Shown here: positions 1 to 10,201 of the stretch, in pieces | How the letters are laid out: the number at the start of each line of letters is the position of its first letter | Position numbering within the stretch: the first letter of the stretch is position 1 | NCBI GenBank assembly: GCA_016906335.1 | Contig: JADEYG010000001.1 | Coordinates: 1-64,000 of the forward strand | Source: Novakomyces olei | Lineage: Eukaryota | DNA length: 64,000 bases | Direction of reading: 5' to 3' | Made by a program: the position numbers and the translations under genes | Notes under the pieces: generated by a model | What the model was told of the DNA's origin: nothing | Seen by the model: the letters and a program-made list of their open reading frames with translations, nothing else | Database searches by the model: none

Positions 1-172
1 CTAACTAACCCTAACTAACCCTAACTAACCCTAACTAACCCTGACTAACCCTAACTAACCCTAACTAACTAACCCTAACTAAACCCTGACTAACCCTGAC
101 TAACCCTGACTAACCCTAACTAACCCTGACTAACCCTAACTAACCCTAACTAACCCTAACCTAACCCTAACC
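1..172. repeat. Telomeric array, 10-bp unit CCCTAACTAA with CCCTGACTAA variants (G-strand TTAGTTAGGG / TTAGTCAGGG)
   Basis: Tandem C-rich repeats from base 1; shorter CCCTAA/CCTAA units at the inner junction (~155-172). Confidence 0.95.
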
Positions 173-2544
173 TTGTCAAGAAGTGCGGCTGGCGCGTTAG
201 TATCAATTTTTTGACTGAGATATCGCTTATCCATTTTAAAAAATGTAATCCATGCTTCGCATGCTTTTTGGCTGTTATTCAATACAAGATCTGGTATATT
301 TGCAAATCCCGTACTGTTACCGTAAACTGAATCGTGCGTAGAAGTCGCGTGATTCGACAGCTGAATAAGGTTTCCCGCAATACCGCTATGAGCCAGATCG
401 TCTTCGTCGCTGCTGTCATCCATATCTCCCAGTGCTTTCTCAAAGTTTTGGTTTGCAAATTTAACATTAATGATTGAAGCCGATATTTGTCGCCATGAAG
501 ACACTGAAAGACTTGGCACACAAGCGTGTGAACAACATTGTGCAAGATATCTTGATAAGTTTCTGGCATCCCATAAAGTACCATTAGACATGAATAAAGA
601 TGGTTGGTCTCTTCTCAACCCTACAATTCCTTCAAGGTAGAATAAAAATGGTTGTACATACACAATATAATTCAACAGCAGATCACCAACATCTTCAGGC
701 AAAAATCGGCTTATAGCTCGCGGTCTTCCAGTCAGATTTTGAGTTTTAGTATACGTCGTCCCAATGACCATTTTGCCATCCTTGATAAAAATATTGCGTT
801 TCCGTGAACCGTTCTTGTACCAGATTGTAGTTGTTTCTGTCCCTCGCAGTGGCGGGGCTGAAATCGATAACAACGTATATGCATACCGAAGGAACATATC
901 TGCGGAATACAAGTAACTTTGTACTTTTGATCGATCCCAATCTCCCATTCTGTCATGAAAAAAAGCCGTTACAATCGTATTCGCTGTCAAAAGCTTATAC
1001 AAATATTTTTCCGTCTGATGTAAATACCGCTGGTTTTCGGGTGCGACACCAAACCACCATCCAAACTCTGTATTGTAAATAAAATCGTATAAATGTCTAG
1101 TGCATAAAAATTTGAATTCGGTGTCAAACATAAGAGCAGTTCTCAAAACTTTGAAAGCTTGCTTCACAGATGAAACGTATAGCCGGGTAACTTCATACAT
1201 AAAAATAGAGGTTTTATGGTATGACACTTGATCTTTGTTTGTGTTCCATATACATTGGTCAGTATTCATATAATATTTTGAGAATTGAAAAAGATAAACT
1301 CTCCAATTCAACAGTATACCGATTGACGTACTCTTCCCCGGATTTAAAAATTGCTCCACCAGAGTATTTAAGCCTGAACTCGTATCTCCTGGTAAACGAT
1401 GCGCTTCTTTGAAAAGAGCTAGTTGCGCACAATAAATCAACCCAGATAGTATTGTATTGAAACTGGTCGGTTTCTTCCATCCTTTAGATGGGTCGCCTTC
1501 ATCCAAGCATGCCCGTGACGCACAGAATCTTAGAATGGGCGAATCAAAATCGTTTTCGTGAATTGGTTGCTGAATGAGACTCAAGCTAATATTGAATATA
1601 AAGGACCGAGCAAGACTCAACATTCCGGCCTTCAAAGCAAGTATGCATCCATTCACATTTAGGTTTCTGCATTCACTTAATTCGTGAGAACAATACTTAA
1701 AGTAATACTCAACTGCACCGGCCCAATACGAAAAATAGCGTTGCCGGGTAGAACTTTGAATTGTTCGCCGAAAATAATGAACTCGGCCTGACTGATCTGG
1801 CACAAAACTGCTCAGTTTGGTTGCCATAGCCGAGGTCATTTTCCCTCCTGACTCGTCGCACATCGCAAAAATCTCTTCGTACATAAAACCAACTTCTTGA
1901 CGTATAAGTACATTATACGATTCGTCCCAACTGTTCAAGATATTCCCGCCTGTAGTTTTTATGTGCACTTTATGAAAACCAAATTTTAGCACCCACGGGG
2001 GTGTATCTCTGTCATCTGAATTGTAATTCATCAAATTTGCTGGTAGAGTTGACTGAGTTTTCAAAATGAAATCTAGAGCAGCAGCAGTGGGGATTTCCGC
2101 TTGTGGTTTATATACGCGAAAATAACGAATAAACTGTTTTTCAGAGAAAAACGACTGAAGTAAGGCACTTTGTATTTCGTGCTTACCCAGTCCATCGCGA
2201 TGGCAAGCAGAGACGTGCTGCTGTAGACATTTTCGAGATGTTGAAGCAACTTTAAGACATATTTTGCAATAGTAACCCTCTTGAACTTTCAAAAAAGGAA
2301 TTCTTTCACACACTTCGCTCAGACTCGGAGTGTGCTTTAAAATCGTTGTCACTGGGGAAACCATCTGTGAATTAGCAGTAACATAAGAAACAACAAGCTT
2401 AAGGGACCCAGACCTGAGTCTATGTGTATGTCTGTAATGCCTTTCTACCGCATTATTTCCAATGCCGGCTTTGAGGCAGACACAACAAATTCTACACACC
2501 ACCAGATGCAAGCCCCCAAATTGCTCAATCTTGACATACTCCAT
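136..2544 (-). CDS. Telomere-linked helicase (TLH)-type N-terminal protein: Zn-finger (DUF3505-like) plus tyrosine-recombinase-like domain; 3'-truncated by the telomere, no helicase domain
   Basis: N-terminal CxxC..HxxxxH fingers; motifs PPLRGTE, RNIFIKDG, YTKT..ISRFLP, SSWRQ, NHATSTHDSVY. The last ~11 codons and the stop are telomere sequence. Confidence 0.7.
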   Translation of the reverse strand: MEYVKIEQFGGLHLVVCRICCVCLKAGIGNNAVERHYRHTHRLRSGSLKLVVSYVTANSQMVSPVTTILKHTPSLSEVCERIPFLKVQEGYYCKICLKVASTSRKCLQQHVSACHRDGLGKHEIQSALLQSFFSEKQFIRYFRVYKPQAEIPTAAALDFILKTQSTLPANLMNYNSDDRDTPPWVLKFGFHKVHIKTTGGNILNSWDESYNVLIRQEVGFMYEEIFAMCDESGGKMTSAMATKLSSFVPDQSGRVHYFRRTIQSSTRQRYFSYWAGAVEYYFKYCSHELSECRNLNVNGCILALKAGMLSLARSFIFNISLSLIQQPIHENDFDSPILRFCASRACLDEGDPSKGWKKPTSFNTILSGLIYCAQLALFKEAHRLPGDTSSGLNTLVEQFLNPGKSTSIGILLNWRVYLFQFSKYYMNTDQCIWNTNKDQVSYHKTSIFMYEVTRLYVSSVKQAFKVLRTALMFDTEFKFLCTRHLYDFIYNTEFGWWFGVAPENQRYLHQTEKYLYKLLTANTIVTAFFHDRMGDWDRSKVQSYLYSADMFLRYAYTLLSISAPPLRGTETTTIWYKNGSRKRNIFIKDGKMVIGTTYTKTQNLTGRPRAISRFLPEDVGDLLLNYIVYVQPFLFYLEGIVGLRRDQPSLFMSNGTLWDARNLSRYLAQCCSHACVPSLSVSSWRQISASIINVKFANQNFEKALGDMDDSSDEDDLAHSGIAGNLIQLSNHATSTHDSVYGNSTGFANIPDLVLNNSQKACEAWITFFKMDKRYLSQKIDTNAPAALLDKVRVRLGLVRVS

Positions 2545-2699
2545 GACTGTTTGGCAAAGTGAATTTACTACCGCTAAGATACATAATTAATAAGCTAAAG
2601 AATAAGAATTACATTACACATAAATGAAATTTCGCAATAGCTTCGTCTTGAATATATATTTTTTGAATATATTTATATTAGTCTCCATGCTTAATAAAT

Positions 2700-3900
2700 A
2701 CTTATATTTATACCATATACATTCCTACATACATTATTCCCCCATACATTAATCCCCATACATCATTTTACCAAACATTATTCCTCCATAACCCTAACCC
2801 CCATTACCATTCTCTATTTTATAAACTTCTTCCCCCAACATGCTATCATTCTCTTATAATAAATTACTAACCCTAACATTCATACACTTAGAACTAAATA
2901 ACCCTAATTCTTCTCACTTTAACCATAGCCCTACCTCCTAACTCCATCAACTTCCATCTGCTTCCCTCAACTCTTCCAAAATCTTTCTTTCTTCATCTCC
3001 CATCACTTTTCCACATCCCCTCACACCCCTTCAATCTATTATTATTCACATTTTCCGCCCTTTTAAAACTTTTACATCATCATTTTTATTTGATCCTTTC
3101 TAAACTTTAACCAAATATTATAAAATACTAAATAATATTTAAACAATCTTCCTTTCAATAACTGTCCTTTATCAAACATTTTTTTGGCAACTTCTACATT
3201 ACTCTATTCCCATTTTCTATTTCCCTTTACTTCCTATCTCAACTCCAACTCTCTCCCTCCCTTTCATATCCAACAATCTCAATATAATTCTCTACTCCAT
3301 TCGATCATAAATAACCCTAACCCTAAATAAATATCACCGTACATTAATCCCCCATACATTAATTCCCCATACATTATTCCCATACATTAATCCCCCATAT
3401 ATTATTATACCATACATTATTATACATACATTATTCCTCCATACATTATTCCACCATATATTATTATACCATACATTATAATGCCATATATTATTATACC
3501 ATATGATTCTACCATATATTATTATACATACATTACTTTACAATAACTTTACAATACATTATTCTACCATATATTATTTACCATACATTATTATACATAC
3601 TTTACTTTACAATACATTATTATACCATACATTATTATACATACATTATTCACTTTACAATACATTATTTTACCATATATTATTATACCACACATTATTA
3701 TACATACATTATTATACATACATTACTTTACAATAACTTTACAATACATTATTCTACCATATATTATTATACCATACATTATTATACCATACATTATTAT
3801 ACATACATTATTCCTATACATTAAATTACCATACATTATTATACTATACATTATTATACATACATTGCTTTACAATAAATTATTCTACTATACATTATTA
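2700..3900. repeat. AT-rich subtelomeric satellite, degenerate ~14-15 bp unit CCATACATTATTATA, with interspersed TAACCCTAA
   Basis: Dozens of CCAT(A/T)CATTATT units; the + strand is almost devoid of G. Confidence 0.9.
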
Positions 3901-4632
3901 TAATGCCACATAAAATGCATCCTGCGCCGTCATGAGCTTTTTATAAATCTTTAAACCCATATATCTTTATAACTAATAATCCAATCTTGTAAACAAATAT
4001 ATATTTCCACTCCTACTGCTCCCCTCTATCCAACCATACACTTTTTGTAAAAACACTTGTTCTTTCGACGTTTTGTCACCTCTACACATGGACTACACAC
4101 TCTTAATTTTTCTTATTTTTCTGACGTTTTTCTTATTATACTTTATTACTATGGGGCTCTCTCTATAATATTTTTATTATATTATCAGATAGCTATAATA
4201 TGTGTAGACCATCTTGTATAATAATTATATTTTATAAATTCAGCAACCCTACCCTCGCCGCAATATGGTTTGCCAATGTTTTGGAATTAAGGCGGAAACT
4301 ATTTTTGCTCTTACGTCGTTCTTACCCCCGTTTATGCCAATTTCCTTAGCATTCCCGCGCAATTTCCCATATTATAATTTGGAATTTAGTCGGAAAATTC
4401 TCCCTAAAAAACCCTGCCTCCACGTTTCTCCTACCATTCTTATTAGAATTACGCCATAATTCGCGGGAATGCTAAGGAAATTGGCATGACCCCCCCCTCA
4501 TACATTAATTATTTTTCGAAATGGAATTATGGCGTAAAGGAAAAGCGAAAACCCTGACTAGAATTATACATAATAAGAATCGCATTACATAAAAATGGAA
4601 TTTCGCCATAATTCCGTCTTGAATATATCTAG
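3860..4632. repeat. Subtelomeric repeat block A: conserved ~400-bp segment plus terminus module ending GAATATATCTAG
   Basis: 3860-4260 is near-identical to 18130-18525 and 19120-19510. 4330-4632 aligns with 5685-5984 and 19575-19874. Confidence 0.85.
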
Positions 4633-5598
4633 ATATAAACCAATATAAAAAAGAAACCGTCGCGCAGTATCAAATAGACCAGCTTTGATTGCAAGTACAG
4701 TCCCCTCGACATTAGCCCTTTGAGCGTCGTCACAGTTCAACATCAGTCGAGTAATGAAAAATCGAATTGCCTGAGCCCAGTACGAAAAATATCTTTTCTT
4801 AGTCGCAGGTAAAGTTGTTCGTCGAAAGTGGCGCACTCGTCCAGAATTGTCCGGCACAAAACTACTCAGTCTAGTCGCCATAGCTGAAGTCATTTTCATA
4901 TTGCTTTCATCAAATATATTGTTATATAAAAGCTCGATTTGTTCATCAATACTGTCAAGCACTGTGGATTCGAAATTGCTCAGGTTTTCCGTTTGTAAAC
5001 AGACTCGATCAAACCCAAACTTCGTGACCCACGGTGGAATGTCTCTTTGATCGACATCACTTTCTGTTGCAGCACTGGGAAGGGTTATAAGGGTCTTTTC
5101 CAAGAACTTTCCTACAACGCCCTCCGCGGCTGAATTTGAGCTTGGTTTTAAACCATCTTTCGCAGCAACACGAAAATATTTCAGAAATTGATTCTCTGTA
5201 AAACAAGTTTGTAGGGGTGAACAAACAATATGATCTTTTGATGTTCGAACAGTATGTTCTTTTGAGATATGCTGCTCAATGACCTTTCGCGATGTTGAAG
5301 CAGCATCATAGCAAAAACTGCAGTAGTAGCCTTGGCAAACCTTTAGAAATAATAACGGTTCAACCACTTCACGCAGGCTCGGCGTGCTCCAATATATATT
5401 CAAAACAGGAGCGATATTCACGTCGTTTGCATTAATTACAGAAAGTGCAATTTGAAGTTCAGTTGACTTTAGCTTATGCGCCTGACGCAAATGCCTTTCG
5501 GCTGCGTTGGTTCCAACCTCGACCTTTACGCATGCCCGACAAGCCTTGCAAGCAACTACCTTTAAACCAAAGGCCTCCTCGATTCCCAAGTACTCCAT
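4585..5598 (-). pseudogene. Truncated paralogue of the 136-2544 TLH/recombinase-like gene
   Basis: Collinear homology (MEY..C..C, STSRK, PPWV.KFGF, KMTSAMAT.LSSFVPD.SGRV, RYFSYWA) stops at 4632; the remaining codons are read from repeat block A. Confidence 0.85.
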
Positions 5599-5639
5599 GA
5601 CTGAGTATATCTGTTCAAGTCTTTAATTACTACTAGAAA

Positions 5640-5984
5640 CATGCTGTAATCTATTTTCGATATAATGCGAATCTTATTATTAATAGTGTGAATTTCCTTG
5701 CCGTCGTCGCGATTTTTACCATATATTAACCTGGAATTATGCAGTAAAATCTACCCTCGAAAACCCTGTTTGACTATTTGTTATTCAATTCTTATTAGAA
5801 TTACGCCGTAATTCGCGACGACGAGCAGCAAATTCACATGACCCCCCTCCCATACATTAATTAATTTTCAAACTGGAATTACGCCGTAATTCTACGTAGA
5901 ACACCCTAACAAAAAATATAGCTAATAAAAACTACGATACATATATTTCGAATTACGGCGTAATTCGCGCAGGAATATGTATAG
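5640..5984. mobile_element. Terminus module B (putative end of a recombinase-encoding DNA element)
   Basis: Three GAATTACG(C/G)CGTAATTC palindromes, a 26-bp imperfect inverted repeat, and the terminal GGAATATGTATAG abutting a truncated gag. Confidence 0.6.
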
Positions 5985-8784
5985 CTGCCTGAACCAGCAA
6001 AGCTGAATGGGCATTCTATGACCCACAGAGAATTCCAATCTTGGAGAACCTCTATGGTCAAATGGCTTACTTATGCGAAGACAGGAGGAAATGTTACAGG
6101 AATCTCAGACATTGATCTCATCAGTATGTTTCTGGAATCAAACGCATTAATCTATGCAGAAGAACTTAGAGACAATGACAACTTGACGGCTAACCAAATG
6201 CTGGATCATCTGGAACGAAGCATTGTTCCCAACGATTACCTGCCAAAAGCCTACAGCAGATTTGTTACATTTTCCCAAGGAACGAGAAGCATCAGTCAAT
6301 ATGCTACACAACTTAAGCTCAAGTCAATGGAACTAGAAATAATTAATGAAGCAATATTGGTTCAACAATTCATTCATGGACTCAATGAGAAGATAAAACC
6401 ACAAATAATGGGATCTTTGAGAAGCGCATTTGGCAACCAGCCTGGCAACAATACTGGGATGACGAAATGGAAATGGCAGAGTGTGGTAGAAGTCGCAACT
6501 GGCTATGACTTTACTGCAACAAGACCATACATTGGAAATATCGCTCCAAGACCAAACAATCAACGAATTGAAGCTAGAACAAGCATGTCAGAGAAAAAGG
6601 AGCCAGAGAAACCTTCACTGAGAACGAGATGTACATTTTGTCGCAGAACTGGACACACGTATGAACAATGTTTCAAACGAAAGAATGAATCAACCATTAG
6701 TGCTCTCAAAGATGACGATGAAATGGATAGCGAAGAAATAAGATTGGATTATCAATGCTCTGCTGTTCAAAGCAAAAGCCAACAGTTTCTCGTAAATCTA
6801 CCAATTGAAGTAAATGGTAAAGAGATCAAATGTCAAGCCCTTATTGATACAGGAAGTGACATTGATGTTATTGATTCAAATTTCTGCAATGTTCACAAAC
6901 CAAAGTATGAAGAGAGTGACCACAAAATTCAAATGGCATTTCAAGGATCAAAGACAATCAGCAGATATATGGCTAGAATAAAATTCAAAGGAAATGAATT
7001 AAATTGTGCAGTAGCCAGACTGCGAACTTCTGATCTCCTAATTGGTATGGGAACCTTGAGCAAGTTAGGAGCAATAGTCAACACCAGCAGAAGACAGGTC
7101 AAATGGCAGATGAACAAAGATACAGAAAGCATTTACGAAGACCAAAGCATTCCAGTGGTTAGCTCCATAACAATCGATCCGAAGAAGAAAATTGAGGCCA
7201 AATCAATTACAAATGAAAACGCAATTGATTCAGACAAGGTACTGGAACTCTTACAAGAGAATTTTCCACAAACCTTGATCAAAGAACCTCCAAGCAAGTT
7301 ACCAATTATGAGACCAGTCGTGGCAACTTATGAACCAATTGATCCAAACAAGAAATATAACATCAAAAAATGGTATCCAAGCAAAAAGCTTATGATGCCT
7401 TTAAAGATGAAAATTGATGATCTATTACAAGCAAAAATGATATCAATATCTACAGAAGAACCTAGTGCAATATTATTCCCAATTCTTAAAGACAAAGAAA
7501 TGGTGAATAAACTTACCAATCCGAATGAGATTAAGAATTATTTACGATTTGTCAATGATGCTCGACCTCGCAATACAAATATGAAGCGATTTTACATTCA
7601 AGTACCGCGAATTGACATAGTTGTTCAGGACATAGCCAGAGCAAAGTATCGAACAAAAATTGATCTAAAGGATGCTTTCTTTCAATCTCGAATACAGCCT
7701 GGGCAAGAACATTATACAGCATTCTGGACACCATTTGGTATTTATCAATGGAATGTGATGCCACAGGGTGATCGAAATTCCACTGCAATACAACAACAAC
7801 TAATGGAGGAACTATTCAGACCATATATTGGAATATGGATGACCGTTTATGTTGACGACATAATAATATATGATGACGATGTCCAAGAACATCTGGATCA
7901 CTTGGTACTTGTATTTTGCATCATGGCCAAATGGGAATTGTATGCCAGTCCAACAAAGACCTTTCCATTTTGCAGAAGCTTTGTTGTGTTGGGAAGACAA
8001 ATCAGTGACGAAGGAATCAAAATGACCGACAAGTCAAAAAATTCCATACTAAAATTACAAGCCCCAAAGAACTTGAAACAAGTACAGAAATTGGTCGGAA
8101 TGCTTAATTGGGTATCAACTTTTATACCAAACTTATCCTCTCAAATTTCCATATTCACAGAAATGAAAGAATTTCATTGGGACGAAACGAAGCAAAAAGG
8201 GTTCAATGAAATTAAAAAAGCAGTCGAACAAGACATAGTGCTAAAACCATTTGAACCAGAACCCCTAAACAATGGCACAGAAAAATTGTTCATGGGAATA
8301 GATGCTTCGCTAGTCGGAACTGGAGGATGGCTAGGACAAGGAAAAGAGTGGCAAAGCTGCCGAATAATTGGATTCACTTCTAAGAAATTGGGCACAGCAG
8401 AGTCACATTACCCAGTTCACGAGCTGGAATATCTTGCATGCATCAGAGCATTAGATCACTTTGAAATATATGCCAGAGGGTATCAAGTAAATTGCTTAAC
8501 AGACAATAAGGCGCTAAGTCGTCTTCTCTATTCGAAAAACGTTATGTTATCAAGACGACATCTGAGATGGATGGACTTTTTAAATGAATTTGACATCAAC
8601 ATCATACATGTATCGGGCACGGCCAACGTTTTGGCAGATATATTGTCACGATCGCCTCCTGAATCAAATGTGTCCGCAATTAGCATGGAACAAAGTCCTG
8701 TCACACATCTGGAAATAAAAAATCTTTACCTAAATGATCCGTATTGGGCTGAAGTACTAACTTCGCTGAAAAATACTGATACAA
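5985..8784 (+). pseudogene. Outer element gag-pol, 5' part (gag with CCHC knuckle, protease, RT, RNase H)
   Basis: CTFCRRTGHTYEQC, LIDTGS, YVDD, DAS..G, TDNK. The frame is open from 5985 (LPEPAK) and rejoins 15324 in frame once the insertion and one TACAA are removed. Confidence 0.92.
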
Positions 8785-9173
8785 TGTCACGAGTGTGACA
8801 TGGCCTTAAGTAAGACAGCGAATGCTGCATTACTTAAGGATAAGGACTATATAGTTTTATATAGTATTTCATAGCGATAGCACTAGGTAGTGCTATACAG
8901 CACCACCTTGTGCTATTACTTAGTTCCATAGAAGTCGTAGTGTATAAAAGGCTTCGCGGAAGACTTTTTACACTACGCAATATCATAAGCTACAACGTGA
9001 AGTCTCCAGGTGTCTTAGGAGAATAGGCTTAGCTTCTAGCTGTAGTTCCCTTAGTCTTCACTCACCGGAACCCCTATCGAAAGGCAGCGTGCTATCTGCC
9101 GCCCAAGGGGATTACTCGTTGTCGCGGCTGAACTCAAGCCGTGAGTCACCTAGTTGCGGGCCGACCCGTAACA
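8785..9173 (+). repeat. 5' LTR of inner element (389 bp)
   Basis: TGTCACGAG...CCGTAACA; TATAAAA at 8943. Confidence 0.97.
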
Positions 9174-9175
9174 GT

Positions 9176-9184
9176 ATATTGCGT
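9176..9184 (+). promoter_or_regulatory. Putative self-priming primer-binding site
   Basis: ATATTGCGT is the exact complement of ACGCAATAT at 8975-8983, 32 nt after the LTR TATA; no TGG tRNA-type PBS. Confidence 0.7.
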
Positions 9185-9269
9185 CCACGTATTCGATACC
9201 GGTTCGGATCGAGTGGGTGAAGAGAACGAATCGAGAGGAAGTGCTAGTCAGTCAAACTAGGCTTACAAG

Positions 9270-10193
9270 ATGGAACAAGTTGATGTATCAGAGTTGAACC
9301 GTTTTTACCGAGCAACAGAGGAGAGATTTGCGATAATGGAAGCGGAAAACAAGTCTTTGAAAGAAAAGTTGCGTAGGGGTCAGAACGAGTTGGACCCGCG
9401 CGAACGAACGAAAGTTTTGGAGCCGAAGATGGCTAGTCCGCCCTTGTTCACGGGCGAGAGAAGTAAAGTGGATGAGTATTTGACTCAGGTGAAAATGGTG
9501 GTAACAGCGCAGCCGCAGCGATACGCCACGGACCGTGCGCGAGTTATGTTTGCCGCCTCTTTCCTGAGAGGCATTGCCTTTCGTTGGTTTAAGCCTTTTG
9601 TTGCAAAGAACGACCCGGCAATGCTCGATGATTTTGAGCGGTACTGTGACAGCATCGAGAAGCTGTATGGTGACCGAGACATGCGCGCTTCGGCGCAGAA
9701 GGAGATAAGAAGGCTACGTCAGAAGGGTTCAGTCGCTCAGTATGCGTCTGATTTTGAACGTCTTAGAGCCTATTTCGATTGGAACAACGAAGCGTTGGTG
9801 TCCCAGTTTATGGAGGGACTGAAAGATTCGGTGAAGGACGAGCTCGCTCATTCAGAGCCGCCCACGGAGCTGAGCGAATTGATAGATCACTGCATCAGAA
9901 TCGATACGAGGGTGTACGAGCGTGAAAAAGATAAGTCGCGTTTTCGAGGCAGGTTGGAGCCACGCCGCCCAGAACGTACAAGCAATTACACGCCTATGGA
10001 AATTGACACTGTGAGCGAGAAGAGAGTACCCGAAAGGAAGTCGATGTCTACGGGTGAGAAGAAATGTTTTAATTGCGGAAGGGCAGGTCACTTTGCAAGA
10101 CAATGCAGAGACAACACTGTTAACTTCAAAGGCCGAGAGTATGGCTACGCAGATGAAAACTCACGAGAAGCAAAAAAAAAAGAGAGAGCCTAA
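9270..10193 (+). CDS. gag: Gag (retrotransposon gag domain plus CCHC knuckle)
   Basis: PPLFTGER, LRQKGSVAQY, PMEID, CFNCGRAGHFARQC. Confidence 0.95.
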   Translation: MEQVDVSELNRFYRATEERFAIMEAENKSLKEKLRRGQNELDPRERTKVLEPKMASPPLFTGERSKVDEYLTQVKMVVTAQPQRYATDRARVMFAASFLRGIAFRWFKPFVAKNDPAMLDDFERYCDSIEKLYGDRDMRASAQKEIRRLRQKGSVAQYASDFERLRAYFDWNNEALVSQFMEGLKDSVKDELAHSEPPTELSELIDHCIRIDTRVYEREKDKSRFRGRLEPRRPERTSNYTPMEIDTVSEKRVPERKSMSTGEKKCFNCGRAGHFARQCRDNTVNFKGREYGYADENSREAKKKERA

Positions 10194-10201
10194 TTCAAAC
10201 G

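Noticed and set aside
3503-3736. Tyr/His/Ile-rich ORF, and similar ORFs at 18328, 18813, 19277 and 19318
   Set aside because: These are translations of satellite or repeat blocks, with frames not conserved between copies.
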